DNA from: Candidatus Nanoarchaeia archaeon
GTDB taxonomy: Bacteria > Patescibacteriota > Microgenomatia > Woykebacterales > RBG-16-39-9b
Assembly (NCBI GenBank): GCA_036514715.1
Contig: DATBWR010000013.1
Location: 6,779-70,778, forward strand
Direction of reading: 5' to 3'
Length of the DNA stretch: 64,000 bases
The notes under the pieces were generated by a model. The model was not told the DNA's origin and ran no database searches. It saw only the letters and a program-made list of their open reading frames with translations. The position numbers were made by a program, and so were the translations under genes. Of the stretch, positions 27,315 through 35,866 are shown piece after piece. Each line of letters starts with the position of its first letter. Position 1 is the stretch's first letter.

Positions 27315-27334
27315 ACCGCTTCTTTTTCTGGAAA
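27297..27334 (+). terminator. Intrinsic terminator (palindromic, possibly bidirectional)
   Basis: AAGCGGUUCA-GCAA-UGAACCGCUU followed by CUUUUUCUGG; overlaps the stop codon. Confidence 0.7.
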
Positions 27335-27519
27335 ATCCGCCCTTTGGATTAGTCACCGTTAAAATGGGGTCCCCTTTGTGGAGTTGGCGTTTTTAAACTT
27401 GCAAAAAAGCAAGAGGAAGCGGTTCCCGAGGATGTCCCGATGATTTTTTGCTTAGTTTAACAGCCAACGCAGCAGGGGTGTCCTTTCTTGGCTACTTCTT
27501 TGGACAAGCAAAGAAGTAG
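27333..27519 (+). ncRNA. Candidate novel structured RNA, copy 1 of 2 (paralog at 49319..49509)
   Basis: ~85% identity to copy 2, invariant 33-nt core, compensatory substitutions in three helices, U-G wobbles valid only on the + strand. Confidence 0.5.
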
Positions 27520-27556
27520 TAAAAATTAAACGTTGAATTTAAATAGCTTAGATGTT

Positions 27557-28606
27557 TCAAGTATTGAATTTAAAGATGGTTGTATCGCCGTCTTGAAAAA
27601 TATAGTCGCGTCCTTCCAACCGCACCCAACCTTTATCCCGGGCTTGCTGCCAACCACCTGCTTCTACTAATTTTTCGAAAGTTATTACCTCGGCTTTAAT
27701 AAAGCCCTTTTCAAAATCCGTGTGAATAACACCGGCAGCCTGTGGAGCTTTAGTTCCAACAGTAACGGTCCAAGCTCGCACTTCTTTTTCCCCGGCCGTA
27801 AAATAAGTACTCAACCCCAGCAATTTGTAACTTTCCGCAATTAACCGCTCCAACCCTGACTGCCGCAAACCCAGTTCTGCTAAATAGTCTTTTTGCTCAG
27901 GTTTTGTAAGTTCTGAGAGTTCCTCTTCAACTTTAGCGCAAATAACAACCTCAGGACTAAAACCACTAGCAACTTCCTTTTTGAGAGCGCCTTCAGCCAC
28001 GTTAAAGACGTAAATTACTGGTTTCAAAGTAATTAACGGTAGCTCAGCCGCCAGCTCCTCATCCACCTCAACCTCTTTAGCTAGTTTCCCTTGCTCTAAA
28101 CCTTCTTTGAGCTTTTTCAGCACAGAGAGTTTTTTTTCAGCATCTTTTTCTTTGGCCTTAAGATCTTTCTCAGCTGAAAAGATTACTTTCTCAACTGTTT
28201 CAAGATCAGCAAGAGCTAGTTCCGTGTTAATTGTTTCAATGTCTGATTTGGGATCAACTCCGGAGACAGCTACGTTGGGGTCAACAAAAGCGCGGACAAC
28301 GTGGGCAAGAGCGTCAACTTCCCTGATGTGACTCAAGAATTGATTGCCTAAACCCTCACCAGTTGCGGCCCCTTTGACTAAACCGGCAATATCGACAAAT
28401 TCCACCACCGCCGGCACAATCTTCTCAGTTTTAACAACAGCCGCTAACCTTCCAAGACGTTCATCGGGAACTTCAACCACCCCAATATTGGGTTCAATAG
28501 TCGTAAATGGGTAATTTGCACTCTGGGCAACCTGCTTTTTTAGCAAGGCGTTAAAAAGAGTGGATTTACCCACGTTTGGTAAGCCAACAATGCCAACTTT
28601 CAGCAC
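27557..28606 (-). CDS. ychF: Redox-regulated ATPase YchF (Obg-family GTPase)
   Basis: G1 motif GLPNVGKSTLFNAL and TGS/YchF C-terminal domain. Confidence 0.85.
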   Translation of the reverse strand: MLKVGIVGLPNVGKSTLFNALLKKQVAQSANYPFTTIEPNIGVVEVPDERLGRLAAVVKTEKIVPAVVEFVDIAGLVKGAATGEGLGNQFLSHIREVDALAHVVRAFVDPNVAVSGVDPKSDIETINTELALADLETVEKVIFSAEKDLKAKEKDAEKKLSVLKKLKEGLEQGKLAKEVEVDEELAAELPLITLKPVIYVFNVAEGALKKEVASGFSPEVVICAKVEEELSELTKPEQKDYLAELGLRQSGLERLIAESYKLLGLSTYFTAGEKEVRAWTVTVGTKAPQAAGVIHTDFEKGFIKAEVITFEKLVEAGGWQQARDKGWVRLEGRDYIFQDGDTTIFKFNT

Positions 28607-28625
28607 TTAAACCCACTTTCTGAAT

Positions 28626-28997
28626 TTACCAAATGACTTTTTCATAAATATCTGAAATTTTTGCATCTTTAGTCACAACGTGAAGATTTAGGAGTTTTGC
28701 AGAAGAAACAATTACTCTATCGTGAATTTCCAATCCATCTTCCAGGTTTATGTAGTCATTAACGATATTGATATCCAATGAGAGGGTTCGAAACTTTGCA
28801 GACGGTAGGTCAGAAAGAAATTTCCTAAATTCTTTTTCGAAATTTAACTTTTTACTAACGTGAAAAGCTTCTAATAAAACAATTGTGGGTAAGAAAACAA
28901 TATCGGCAGAAAACACAACTTCCCTAGCTTTATCACTTAATCTAGAACTAGCGGATAAAAACCAAATTAACGAGTGGGTATCAAGTAGTACGTTCAC
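28626..28997 (-). CDS. vapC: PIN-domain toxin (VapC-like)
   Basis: MNVLLDTHSLIWFL... with conserved acidic residues; 123 aa. Confidence 0.65.
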   Translation of the reverse strand: MNVLLDTHSLIWFLSASSRLSDKAREVVFSADIVFLPTIVLLEAFHVSKKLNFEKEFRKFLSDLPSAKFRTLSLDINIVNDYINLEDGLEIHDRVIVSSAKLLNLHVVTKDAKISDIYEKVIW

Positions 28998-29168
28998 CGG
29001 AATAGATTAGAAGTGGAGCAGTTTTTTAGCTTTATCTAGTTCTTCCTCAAGTTTACCTTCGGGAATCTTAACATCCTTCAAAAATCCGTAGAAATCCTTA
29101 GCAGTCTTATTACTTTTGAAAGTTTGTTTGGAAGTATTTATTTTTTCTAAAGTTTCAGTCTTTTTCAT
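28998..29168 (-). CDS. Putative antitoxin of the VapC module (56-aa sORF)
   Basis: MKKTETLEKINTSKQTFKSNKTAKDFYGFLKDVKIPEGKLEEELDKAKKLLHF; stop abuts the vapC start. Below the ORF-track size cutoff. Confidence 0.4.
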
Positions 29169-29521
29169 AGCAGCAATAATATAGCAAAAAACACTTATTT
29201 TAACAACATGCTCTTATAGTCAATTTCCTTAGCAGACCGCACACTATAGCCAGCCCTGCGTGCAACTTCCGCACAACAACTACTACCCAAACTGTTGGGG
29301 ACTATGTAGGCAAAAGACGAGAAAAACTTGACAAAAAATCTCTACTTTCCTTGGCTGGTGAAGATCTCTACAAAAAAGTGAAAGCGCTAGCAAAGGAAAA
29401 ACCCGAAAAAGATCTAAGCGAAGAAGAAACCAAGATTGTTCAACTTTTGCAACAGAAAGAGCCACACGAGGACGACTAACTCCATTGGAGGAAACGGGAC
29501 TTACGCGTACAGGTTCTTCAA

Positions 29522-29793
29522 AGAAAAACGACCCTTTCAGGTCGTTCCTCCTCCTAAGTAAACCTTCAAAAGATTTGCTTAGGGAAACCAGCTGAGAACC
29601 GTGCTTGTATCCAAAACTTCCAGCTTTGTAACTTGGTGGTGTTACCCGGTACTGGCTACTATTGCGTTTATTTCCACCAGACCAAATTCTGAAACCACTT
29701 GCTCTTGAGATTTAGAACTCTGACTTATTTTGGGAAGAAAAGAGATTTTGGCGACCAAAGACCTTGACCTTTGGTACATTAGCCTACTTTCCA
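29522..29793 (-). ncRNA. Candidate sRNA or sORF transcript between two minus-strand terminators
   Basis: Minus-strand promoter TTTACC-N17-TATAAT (~29800-29828) and terminator GAACGACC-UGAAAG-GGUCGUU plus U-run (29522-29548); ~270-nt ORF-free, hairpin-rich; contains a 55-codon ATG frame with no SD. Confidence 0.25.
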
Positions 29794-29839
29794 TAACGGA
29801 TTATAAATAAAATTGCTTGGTTGGTAAAGTAAAAGATAA

Positions 29840-29885
29840 TAGAAATGGAAAAGCCCCGGGTCTTGCTTGGTTAGCAAGTCGGGGC
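29840..29885 (-). terminator. Intrinsic terminator of the high-GC gene 29968..30861
   Basis: GC-rich 11-bp interrupted hairpin GCCCCGGGUCUUGCU-UGGUU-AGCAAGUCGGGGC followed by a U-rich tract on the minus strand. Confidence 0.55.
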
Positions 29886-29967
29886 CTGATCCAACTGAAT
29901 GTTCTGCGAAGTTCAAGAAGCAAGAGATCAAGAATCTCAAGGATTCAAGTCTCAAGCTGCAAGAACA

Positions 29968-30861
29968 CTACCGGGCGAAGCCAGACGCAGAGCCGTAGCT
30001 CCCGTTAGCGCGGACAACAAACCCGCGGCCGAAGTGCAGCTCGTCGCTGTCGAAGTCGAAGCAGAGGCAGAGCTCGAACTCGCCGACAGGCTTGAACCTG
30101 TACTCGTCACCGGGGCAATCAATGCACAGGTGCTCGAACTTGTCGAGGCGGTTCGGATTGGTGAGCAGGATATTCCCCACACACCAGGCCGGGAGTGCGA
30201 ACTCAGACGCAGCGCGTTCCATTTCCCAGCGAGCGTTGCGAGGACTGTACCCACCCCACTTCTTGCCCGTCTGGGCGAAAAACACCAGGAAGTCTCCGGG
30301 TGTCGCTTCTTCCAGCTTGCGCAGCGCCTCTGCCGTTGACTGTCGTACCCTCACCCGGTCGGGTGTCAGCTCGCCGGCGCGGTAGTTGTGAAAATTCCGC
30401 TGACCTGCGAGGTGAGTGAGCACCGCAGCCTCGAGCAATTGCCCGTAGCCCGCTCCGTACGGATCGTTGATACCGAGCTTCGCAGCGACGCTGCTGGGCT
30501 TCGGGACAACGAACAGTCCGTCGGTGTCGAGTGGGCCAATGATTCCCCCTGCAATTTCGACGACGTGCGAGCCGTCGAGATCAGGGTAGAACCCCTGTAA
30601 GACCGAGAGCTGTTCTTCCACACTGGTTGGCTTCCAGCCTTCCGGGTAGAAGTAGCGAACCTCAACCTTCTCCTTGGCGAACGGGTTGATCACCTGCTTG
30701 ATAATCTGGTTGATTACCTCGCGAGTGAGCGTGCCGTTGCCGATTTGGACAAGAGTGTCAGCGTTCTCAACGAGTCGCTGAATCTCTGTCCGACCGAAGT
30801 TGTGCTCGTCGAAGCGTTCGAATAACGCCTTCAACGGGCCCCAGGGTGTTTGGGTAGCCAT
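29968..30861 (-). CDS. Hypothetical protein on a ~60% GC island (likely horizontally acquired)
   Basis: 297 aa, no family recognised; GC ~58-67% in counted 60-nt blocks versus ~30-40% in flanks. Confidence 0.5.
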   Translation of the reverse strand: MATQTPWGPLKALFERFDEHNFGRTEIQRLVENADTLVQIGNGTLTREVINQIIKQVINPFAKEKVEVRYFYPEGWKPTSVEEQLSVLQGFYPDLDGSHVVEIAGGIIGPLDTDGLFVVPKPSSVAAKLGINDPYGAGYGQLLEAAVLTHLAGQRNFHNYRAGELTPDRVRVRQSTAEALRKLEEATPGDFLVFFAQTGKKWGGYSPRNARWEMERAASEFALPAWCVGNILLTNPNRLDKFEHLCIDCPGDEYRFKPVGEFELCLCFDFDSDELHFGRGFVVRANGSYGSASGFAR

Positions 30862-31330
30862 TTGGCCATCCCCTTTCTTGAAAGCTCCGTTTTAAGGGAG
30901 CGATTACCGCGATATTCAATAGCAAACTATGGGTCTTTATCCAACAACAGAAGAATTTAGGATTTTTCCGAACACGTCTCTATTTATTATTTCACGGGCT
31001 TTTTTAGGCTTGGGGATTCTTAATTTGAACTCAAATGGCAGCATTGTGTTCCAACTCTGCCAACTTTTAGCATAGCTTGCAATTTTAACAGGTTCCAGAA
31101 AGGTTTACAAAAGAAGCTCTCTCAACCGATAGTAATTTGCTTTCTTTCTTCAAGTATGCTACACTCTCTTTGTTGAATTAGAATACGAGCTGTTTTCTAC
31201 TCCTTTATTCTCCCTTTTGTAAAGAACTGCTCCTAAGTAAAGTTTGTTCTGTTTACAAACGGAGCACGAGTCTTTAGTCTTCTTAGACGCAAGGCGCGTT
31301 AGCGACTTAGATTTCTCTTTCACATAAATT

Positions 31331-32578
31331 ATGTATCGGCCCAACAATTCGAGGTTTTCGAGGAACCGCAGCGGTTCAAACCGGGGTAAATTTCACCGAC
31401 CATTTCACAATGGTGGTTTCTCTACTGCCAGAAAATTTAACGGTGCACAACGCGGCCCGGCCAAAAGTAAGTTAATTGGCGCCGATATCAATATTTTTAT
31501 TAAAAAGGCCTCTGATGTTACCACTGACGAAGCTTACAGACCACACAACTCTTTCAGTGATTTTGCAGTCAATGAAAACTTAAAACGCAACATTATTAGC
31601 CACGGTTATACTACTCCCACCCCTATTCAAGATAAGGCTATTGAGCCCATACTAGGCGGTCGGGATTTAATTGGTTTGGCCAACACCGGCACTGGTAAAA
31701 CTGCTGCTTTCCTGATCCCGATCATTGATAAAATCTTTAAAAACCGCGCTGAGAAAGCCTTGATTATTACTCCCACCCGGGAACTGGCCGCTCAGATTAA
31801 CGACGAATTTAAAAGTTTTGCCTTTGGTATGAGAATTTTTTCTACTGTAGTTATCGGCGGTGCCAGCATGAACCGCCAGATTTGGGATTTAAAGAGGGAA
31901 CCCAACGTAGTTATCGGTACGCCGGGTCGGTTAAAAGACTTAATTGAACAGAAAAAGCTCTTTTTGCAGAACTTCCGCACCATAGTACTGGATGAAGTGG
32001 ATTTGATGGTGGATATTGGCTTTATTAATGATGTTAAATATTTTATTTCCCTGCTTCCAAGAGAGCGTCAGTCTTTGTTTTTCTCCGCCACTATTGACGG
32101 GAAGGTGCGCGAAGTGCTGCAAGCTTTTGTTACCAACCCAGTGACGGTTTCCGTCCAAACTCAACCAACTAGTGAGAATGTTGATCAGGACGTAATTAGA
32201 GTTATTAACCCGGTTAAAAAAGTGGACCAGCTTCACGACTTGTTAATTAAAGAAAGTTTCAACAAAGTGTTGGTTTTCGGCCGCACCAAACACGGCATTG
32301 AGAAGCTCGACAAAGCTCTGACCGAGAGGGGTTTTAAGGTTGGCTCGCTTCACGGCAACCGTTCTCAAGGCCAGCGTCAGCGCACCTTGCGGAGTTTTAA
32401 AGAAAACGAGATTCAAGTGCTACTGGCTACTGATGTAGCTTCCAGAGGACTCGATATCGATAATGTTTCCCACGTTATTAATTACGACTTGCCGGAAACT
32501 TACGATGACTATATTCACCGCATTGGCCGAACCGGCCGCGCCAACAAGCGCGGTGTAGCCCTCACCTTTGTCGAATGA
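31331..32578 (+). CDS. DEAD-box ATP-dependent RNA helicase
   Basis: Q motif, GTGKT, DEVD, SAT and HRIGRTGR motifs; Arg/Gly-rich N-terminus; long AT-rich 5' region. Confidence 0.85.
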   Translation: MYRPNNSRFSRNRSGSNRGKFHRPFHNGGFSTARKFNGAQRGPAKSKLIGADINIFIKKASDVTTDEAYRPHNSFSDFAVNENLKRNIISHGYTTPTPIQDKAIEPILGGRDLIGLANTGTGKTAAFLIPIIDKIFKNRAEKALIITPTRELAAQINDEFKSFAFGMRIFSTVVIGGASMNRQIWDLKREPNVVIGTPGRLKDLIEQKKLFLQNFRTIVLDEVDLMVDIGFINDVKYFISLLPRERQSLFFSATIDGKVREVLQAFVTNPVTVSVQTQPTSENVDQDVIRVINPVKKVDQLHDLLIKESFNKVLVFGRTKHGIEKLDKALTERGFKVGSLHGNRSQGQRQRTLRSFKENEIQVLLATDVASRGLDIDNVSHVINYDLPETYDDYIHRIGRTGRANKRGVALTFVE

Positions 32579-32612
32579 AAAAGTTTCTGAGATGGATTAG
32601 AATGGTGAGGCT

Positions 32613-33083
32613 ATGAAGGCTTTAGTAATTTACGATTCGGCTTTTGGAAATACAGAAAAAATTGCTCAAGCGATTAGCCAAACTTTGGGCGGAGAACTTA
32701 AATTTGTAAAAGAGACAGACCACACTAAGCTAAAGGGTATTGATCTTCTTGTTGTTGGCTCCCCCACCCAAGGCGGTCAGGCAACCAAACCTCTTCAAGA
32801 GTTTCTTAATAAAATTCCCGACGGTGCTCTGAAAAACACCAAAGTCGTCTCCTTTGATACCAGAATTTCGGCTAAACAACAAGCCGGTTGGTGGTTATCT
32901 GCCTTGGCACAGCTAGTAACGGGAATTTTTGGGTTTGCCGCTCCCCGAATAGCTAAAAGTCTGGAAAGTAAGGGTGGTATCTTAATAGCCGAGCCGGAAG
33001 GATTTATTGTGGAGGGGACAAAAGGCCCCCTCGCCCCCAGTGAACTCGACCGAGCAAAAACTTGGGCCAAAAAACTTTTGTGA
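32613..33083 (+). CDS. Flavodoxin-like fold protein
   Basis: MKALVIYDSAFGNTEKIAQAI N-terminal FMN-binding-like motif. Confidence 0.55.
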   Translation: MKALVIYDSAFGNTEKIAQAISQTLGGELKFVKETDHTKLKGIDLLVVGSPTQGGQATKPLQEFLNKIPDGALKNTKVVSFDTRISAKQQAGWWLSALAQLVTGIFGFAAPRIAKSLESKGGILIAEPEGFIVEGTKGPLAPSELDRAKTWAKKLL

Positions 33084-33089
33084 TGCACT

Positions 33090-33515
33090 TTGGCTATGCA
33101 AAAAACTAAAACCAACCCCAACGACTATATCGCTTCTCTAACCGAAGATAAACGGGAGGATATTAAAAAGCTCGACGAGTTAATTTCCAAAGTAATGGCA
33201 GGAAAATCGCGTGTTATGTGGGAGGGGGTTTTCTGGAGTGGCAGCGAGCAGAAAATCATTGGTTATGGCGATCTGACTTACATTAATTCGAAAAAAGAGA
33301 ACGTCGAGTGGTTTATGGTCGGACTCACCCTGCAGAAAAACTATATAAGTGTTTACGTGAATGCAGTTAATAAAAAACTCAACCTTGTGGAATACAAGGA
33401 CAAACTTGGCAAAGTAAAGGTCGGCAGAAGCAGCATTGGTTTTAACTCGTTGTCAGATATAAATATAGAGGTATTGGAAGAACTGATCAAAAAAGCCAAA
33501 GAACTTACAGGTTAA
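33090..33515 (+). CDS. DUF1801 (YdhG-like) domain protein
   Basis: PNDYIASLTEDKREDIKKLDELI...; resemblance judged from memory. Confidence 0.35.
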   Translation: MAMQKTKTNPNDYIASLTEDKREDIKKLDELISKVMAGKSRVMWEGVFWSGSEQKIIGYGDLTYINSKKENVEWFMVGLTLQKNYISVYVNAVNKKLNLVEYKDKLGKVKVGRSSIGFNSLSDINIEVLEELIKKAKELTG

Positions 33516-33519
33516 TTTT

Positions 33520-34116
33520 CTAACTAAAAAGGGCTATAGATAAGGCAATTACTGACACAAAAAGGCTGTAAAAACCCATTCTTGATGAGCTTATCTCATA
33601 CAACTTTCTATTACAAATATCGGCAAGTCTGTTTTCTAAAGAGGATAGGTACATTAGTTCGTCAGATAAAGCTTCTATCTCCGCCTGTTTTTCACTTATG
33701 TGTGTGGCAAGCATACACGCTTGGAATTCAGCTATATCGTCATGTAAATCCTTTAAGTCTAGTTGAAACCCATCAAGTTTTACTAAAATAATCTTTAAAG
33801 TACCTTCGCTATTTAGTACATAAAAAGATGAGCTTGCGTATCTTGCTTCATCATATAATGTTCTCAGTTGACTGGTTAGTTTGCTCGAAGCACTATATAA
33901 CTCACTAGCCCACACAAGATACTTTGAGAAGTCCCTAAATTTATCCAGTTTGGATGGATCGTGGTGATATTTTTTTGGAGCATCAAATCCGTCTACACGA
34001 GCTTCTGAGTTACCTTCTATTGCTTCATAGGCTGCGTTAAAAGCTTGATGCTTGATGTATATACGGCTTTTCCCCATTAAAGCAGGAATTTTACTTTTTT
34101 CTGGCTTGGAAAGCAA
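33520..34116 (-). CDS. Hypothetical protein with C-terminal TM anchor
   Basis: 198 aa, no family; adjacent to the TA island. Confidence 0.4.
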   Translation of the reverse strand: MLSKPEKSKIPALMGKSRIYIKHQAFNAAYEAIEGNSEARVDGFDAPKKYHHDPSKLDKFRDFSKYLVWASELYSASSKLTSQLRTLYDEARYASSSFYVLNSEGTLKIILVKLDGFQLDLKDLHDDIAEFQACMLATHISEKQAEIEALSDELMYLSSLENRLADICNRKLYEISSSRMGFYSLFVSVIALSIALFS

Positions 34117-34130
34117 TTTTTGGGAGTAGA

Positions 34131-34355
34131 CTACTTTATTTTGAGGAACTCTTCAACTGTCAGACCGCTCTGGCTTATAATCGAGCGCAAAGTCCCTGTT
34201 TTCAAATCTTTGGTGTGAAACGGAATTGGGATACGGGCTCTGGTTTTTGGGTTAAGCAAAAGGTAATGACTACCGGAAATATGGTCAACAATAAAACCGA
34301 TTTTCTTAAGTTTAGAAATTACTTCACGAGGTTTTTGTGGGGAAAGCTTGGGCAT
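34131..34355 (-). CDS. hicA: HicA-family mRNA interferase toxin
   Basis: GSH...KDLKTGTLRSIISQSGL signature; 74 aa. Confidence 0.7.
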   Translation of the reverse strand: MPKLSPQKPREVISKLKKIGFIVDHISGSHYLLLNPKTRARIPIPFHTKDLKTGTLRSIISQSGLTVEEFLKIK

Positions 34356-34580
34356 CTAAACTGAGACGGAGACCTTCTCTATTTCAGCGGTATCAGTTGG
34401 AATATTCTCACCGTGTTTTTTCAGAGAGGCAATATAGACTGAAATTGCATCTTTAATCATTTCTAGTGCTTCTTGCCGACTCTCGCCTTGAGTAACACAA
34501 CCCGCCAGTGCCGGCGCGGAGACAACATATCCACCATCAGGAGCTTTTTGTAAGTAAACCGTGTAGTTCAAGACTTTCAT
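34356..34580 (-). CDS. hicB: HicB-family antitoxin (UPF0150)
   Basis: MKVLNYTVYLQKAPDGGYVVSAPALAGCVTQGESRQEALEMIKDAI. The ORF-track start at 34613 is possible; I chose the internal Met. Confidence 0.6.
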   Translation of the reverse strand: MKVLNYTVYLQKAPDGGYVVSAPALAGCVTQGESRQEALEMIKDAISVYIASLKKHGENIPTDTAEIEKVSVSV

Positions 34581-34702
34581 GGTGAAACTATAACAAATAC
34601 CAAGTACTTCCACAAGAGAAGATAGTTCTCTAATCTTCCTGCCTCAGAAAGCAAATTTTAGAAACTTTACTTAACTGGGGTTGGATGTTAAGATAACCCC
34701 AA

Positions 34703-34936
34703 ATGGAGCATCTTCAGGTTATCCGCAATGGAATAGTTTTTGAGTTAGAACCGGAAAAGGAAGGCGGCTTCACTATTACCGTCCCTTCTCTACCCGGCTG
34801 TATTTCCTACGGAAAAACTATTGATGAAGCTCTAGAGCAAATAAAAGACGCCATGGCTGGTTGGGTCGAGGTTGCTAAAGAAGAAGGAATCGATATTCCA
34901 GATGAGGTTGAAAAATCTCTACTTGTTACTCGTTGA
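34703..34936 (+). CDS. hicB: HicB-family antitoxin (UPF0150)
   Basis: GGFTITVPSLPGCISYGKTIDEALEQIKDAM. Confidence 0.7.
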   Translation: MEHLQVIRNGIVFELEPEKEGGFTITVPSLPGCISYGKTIDEALEQIKDAMAGWVEVAKEEGIDIPDEVEKSLLVTR

Positions 34937-35164
34937 ATGAAACTAACCCCAATCAAACCAAAAGTGATGGTTATTATCCTGCAAAAAGCAGGATTTTCTA
35001 TACGTAAACAGACTGGTTCTCACACTATTTTGTTTAAGAAGGGGGTTCGCAGACCAATCTCCGTAGCTATACATCCCCGTGATTTACCTTCTGGAACTCA
35101 AAGGGCAATCCTGCGCCAGGCAGAAATTTCAATTGACGAGTTTAACAAATTAATTAAAGAATAA
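34937..35164 (+). CDS. hicA: HicA-family toxin
   Basis: KQTGSHTILFKKG...IHPRDLPSGTQRAILRQAEI. Confidence 0.7.
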   Translation: MKLTPIKPKVMVIILQKAGFSIRKQTGSHTILFKKGVRRPISVAIHPRDLPSGTQRAILRQAEISIDEFNKLIKE

Positions 35165-35236
35165 AGTCTTAACTACTTTTTCCTGCCTAGGAAAGCAAAT
35201 TTAGTTTTTAGAAATTTATGCCATAATATACGCACA

Positions 35237-35518
35237 GTGAAAGTTGTTTATACCGACCACTTAGTCGAGCGTATAGAATTAAGAGGGATCCCTTACAATT
35301 TACCGAAAGATGTTTATCAAGGTCGTGAAGAGGTTTTCTTTGATACTCAAACAAATCATTTTGTGGCCTTGAGTAAAAAAGAGTATTTTGGTAAACTCAG
35401 AACAGTTGTTGTTCCATTTGACAAATTTTCTGATAGAATCAAGCTGGTTACTATTCATCCGATTGAAGAAAAGGACAAAACACAAAGAATAAAATCTGGA
35501 AGGTGGATAAGCAGATGA
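35237..35518 (+). CDS. DUF4258-like toxin-like protein
   Basis: HLVERIELRGI N-terminus; co-occurs with the downstream DUF2283. Confidence 0.4.
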   Translation: MKVVYTDHLVERIELRGIPYNLPKDVYQGREEVFFDTQTNHFVALSKKEYFGKLRTVVVPFDKFSDRIKLVTIHPIEEKDKTQRIKSGRWISR

Positions 35519-35727
35519 AAAAACCAAAAATTTCTTACGACAAAAAAGCAGATGTTCTTTACTTCTTTCTTAAAGAAGGTTCCGAAGAGGAATACAAAGA
35601 AATCGCACCAGGCGTAGGTTTAGAGTTAGACAAAAAGGGTGCCCTACTTGGTGTAGAGATACTTAATGCCTCAAAAGTTTTAGGTGCCAAACCTAAGATT
35701 AAAGAAAAAATCCTTGAATCTGCATAG
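35503..35727 (+). CDS. DUF2283 family protein (antitoxin-like partner)
   Basis: KISYDKKADVLYFFL...GVGLELDKKGALLGVEILNASKVL. Confidence 0.55.
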   Translation: MDKQMKKPKISYDKKADVLYFFLKEGSEEEYKEIAPGVGLELDKKGALLGVEILNASKVLGAKPKIKEKILESA

Positions 35728-35825
35728 GAACTAAATTTCTTAAACAAGCTTCAAAATCCTTCCTCAAAAAGTTAAAGAAACAGTTTTCCAATAACATTTT
35801 CCTGGCTCGGAAAGCAAATTGTTAA

Positions 35826-35849
35826 ATATATGAATACTTATTCATATAT
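35826..35849. repeat. 24-bp palindrome ATATATGAAT-ACTT-ATTCATATAT (copy c)
   Basis: Read directly; between convergent gene ends, immediately after a GGAAAGCAAATT repeat copy. Confidence 0.8.
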
Positions 35850-35866
35850 TTGTTGGGAAAAGAAAT

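Noticed and set aside
27364-27396. Conserved mini-ORF at the 5' end of both copies of the candidate RNA (MGSPLWSWRF / ...GSLLWSERL, with stops at the same aligned position)
   Set aside because: Substitutions between copies change amino acids non-conservatively (W to E) while preserving base pairing with the 3' strand, so the constraint is RNA structure, not coding.
29283-29465. 60-aa minus-strand ORF
   Set aside because: Hydrophobic low-complexity translation. The opposite strand has a more protein-like but start-less frame (probable gene remnant), reported as a low-interest finding instead.
29522-29793. Assigning the ORF-free loci (29522-29793, 60836-61112) to RNase P, tmRNA, SRP or 6S
   Set aside because: I could not find the conserved blocks (RNase P GGAAAGUCCGGGCUCC and ACAGAAnCCGGCUUA; tmRNA tRNA-like 3' end with T-loop and CCA; SRP domain IV GGAAGCAGCC context) by eye, so I leave them unnamed pending an Infernal scan.
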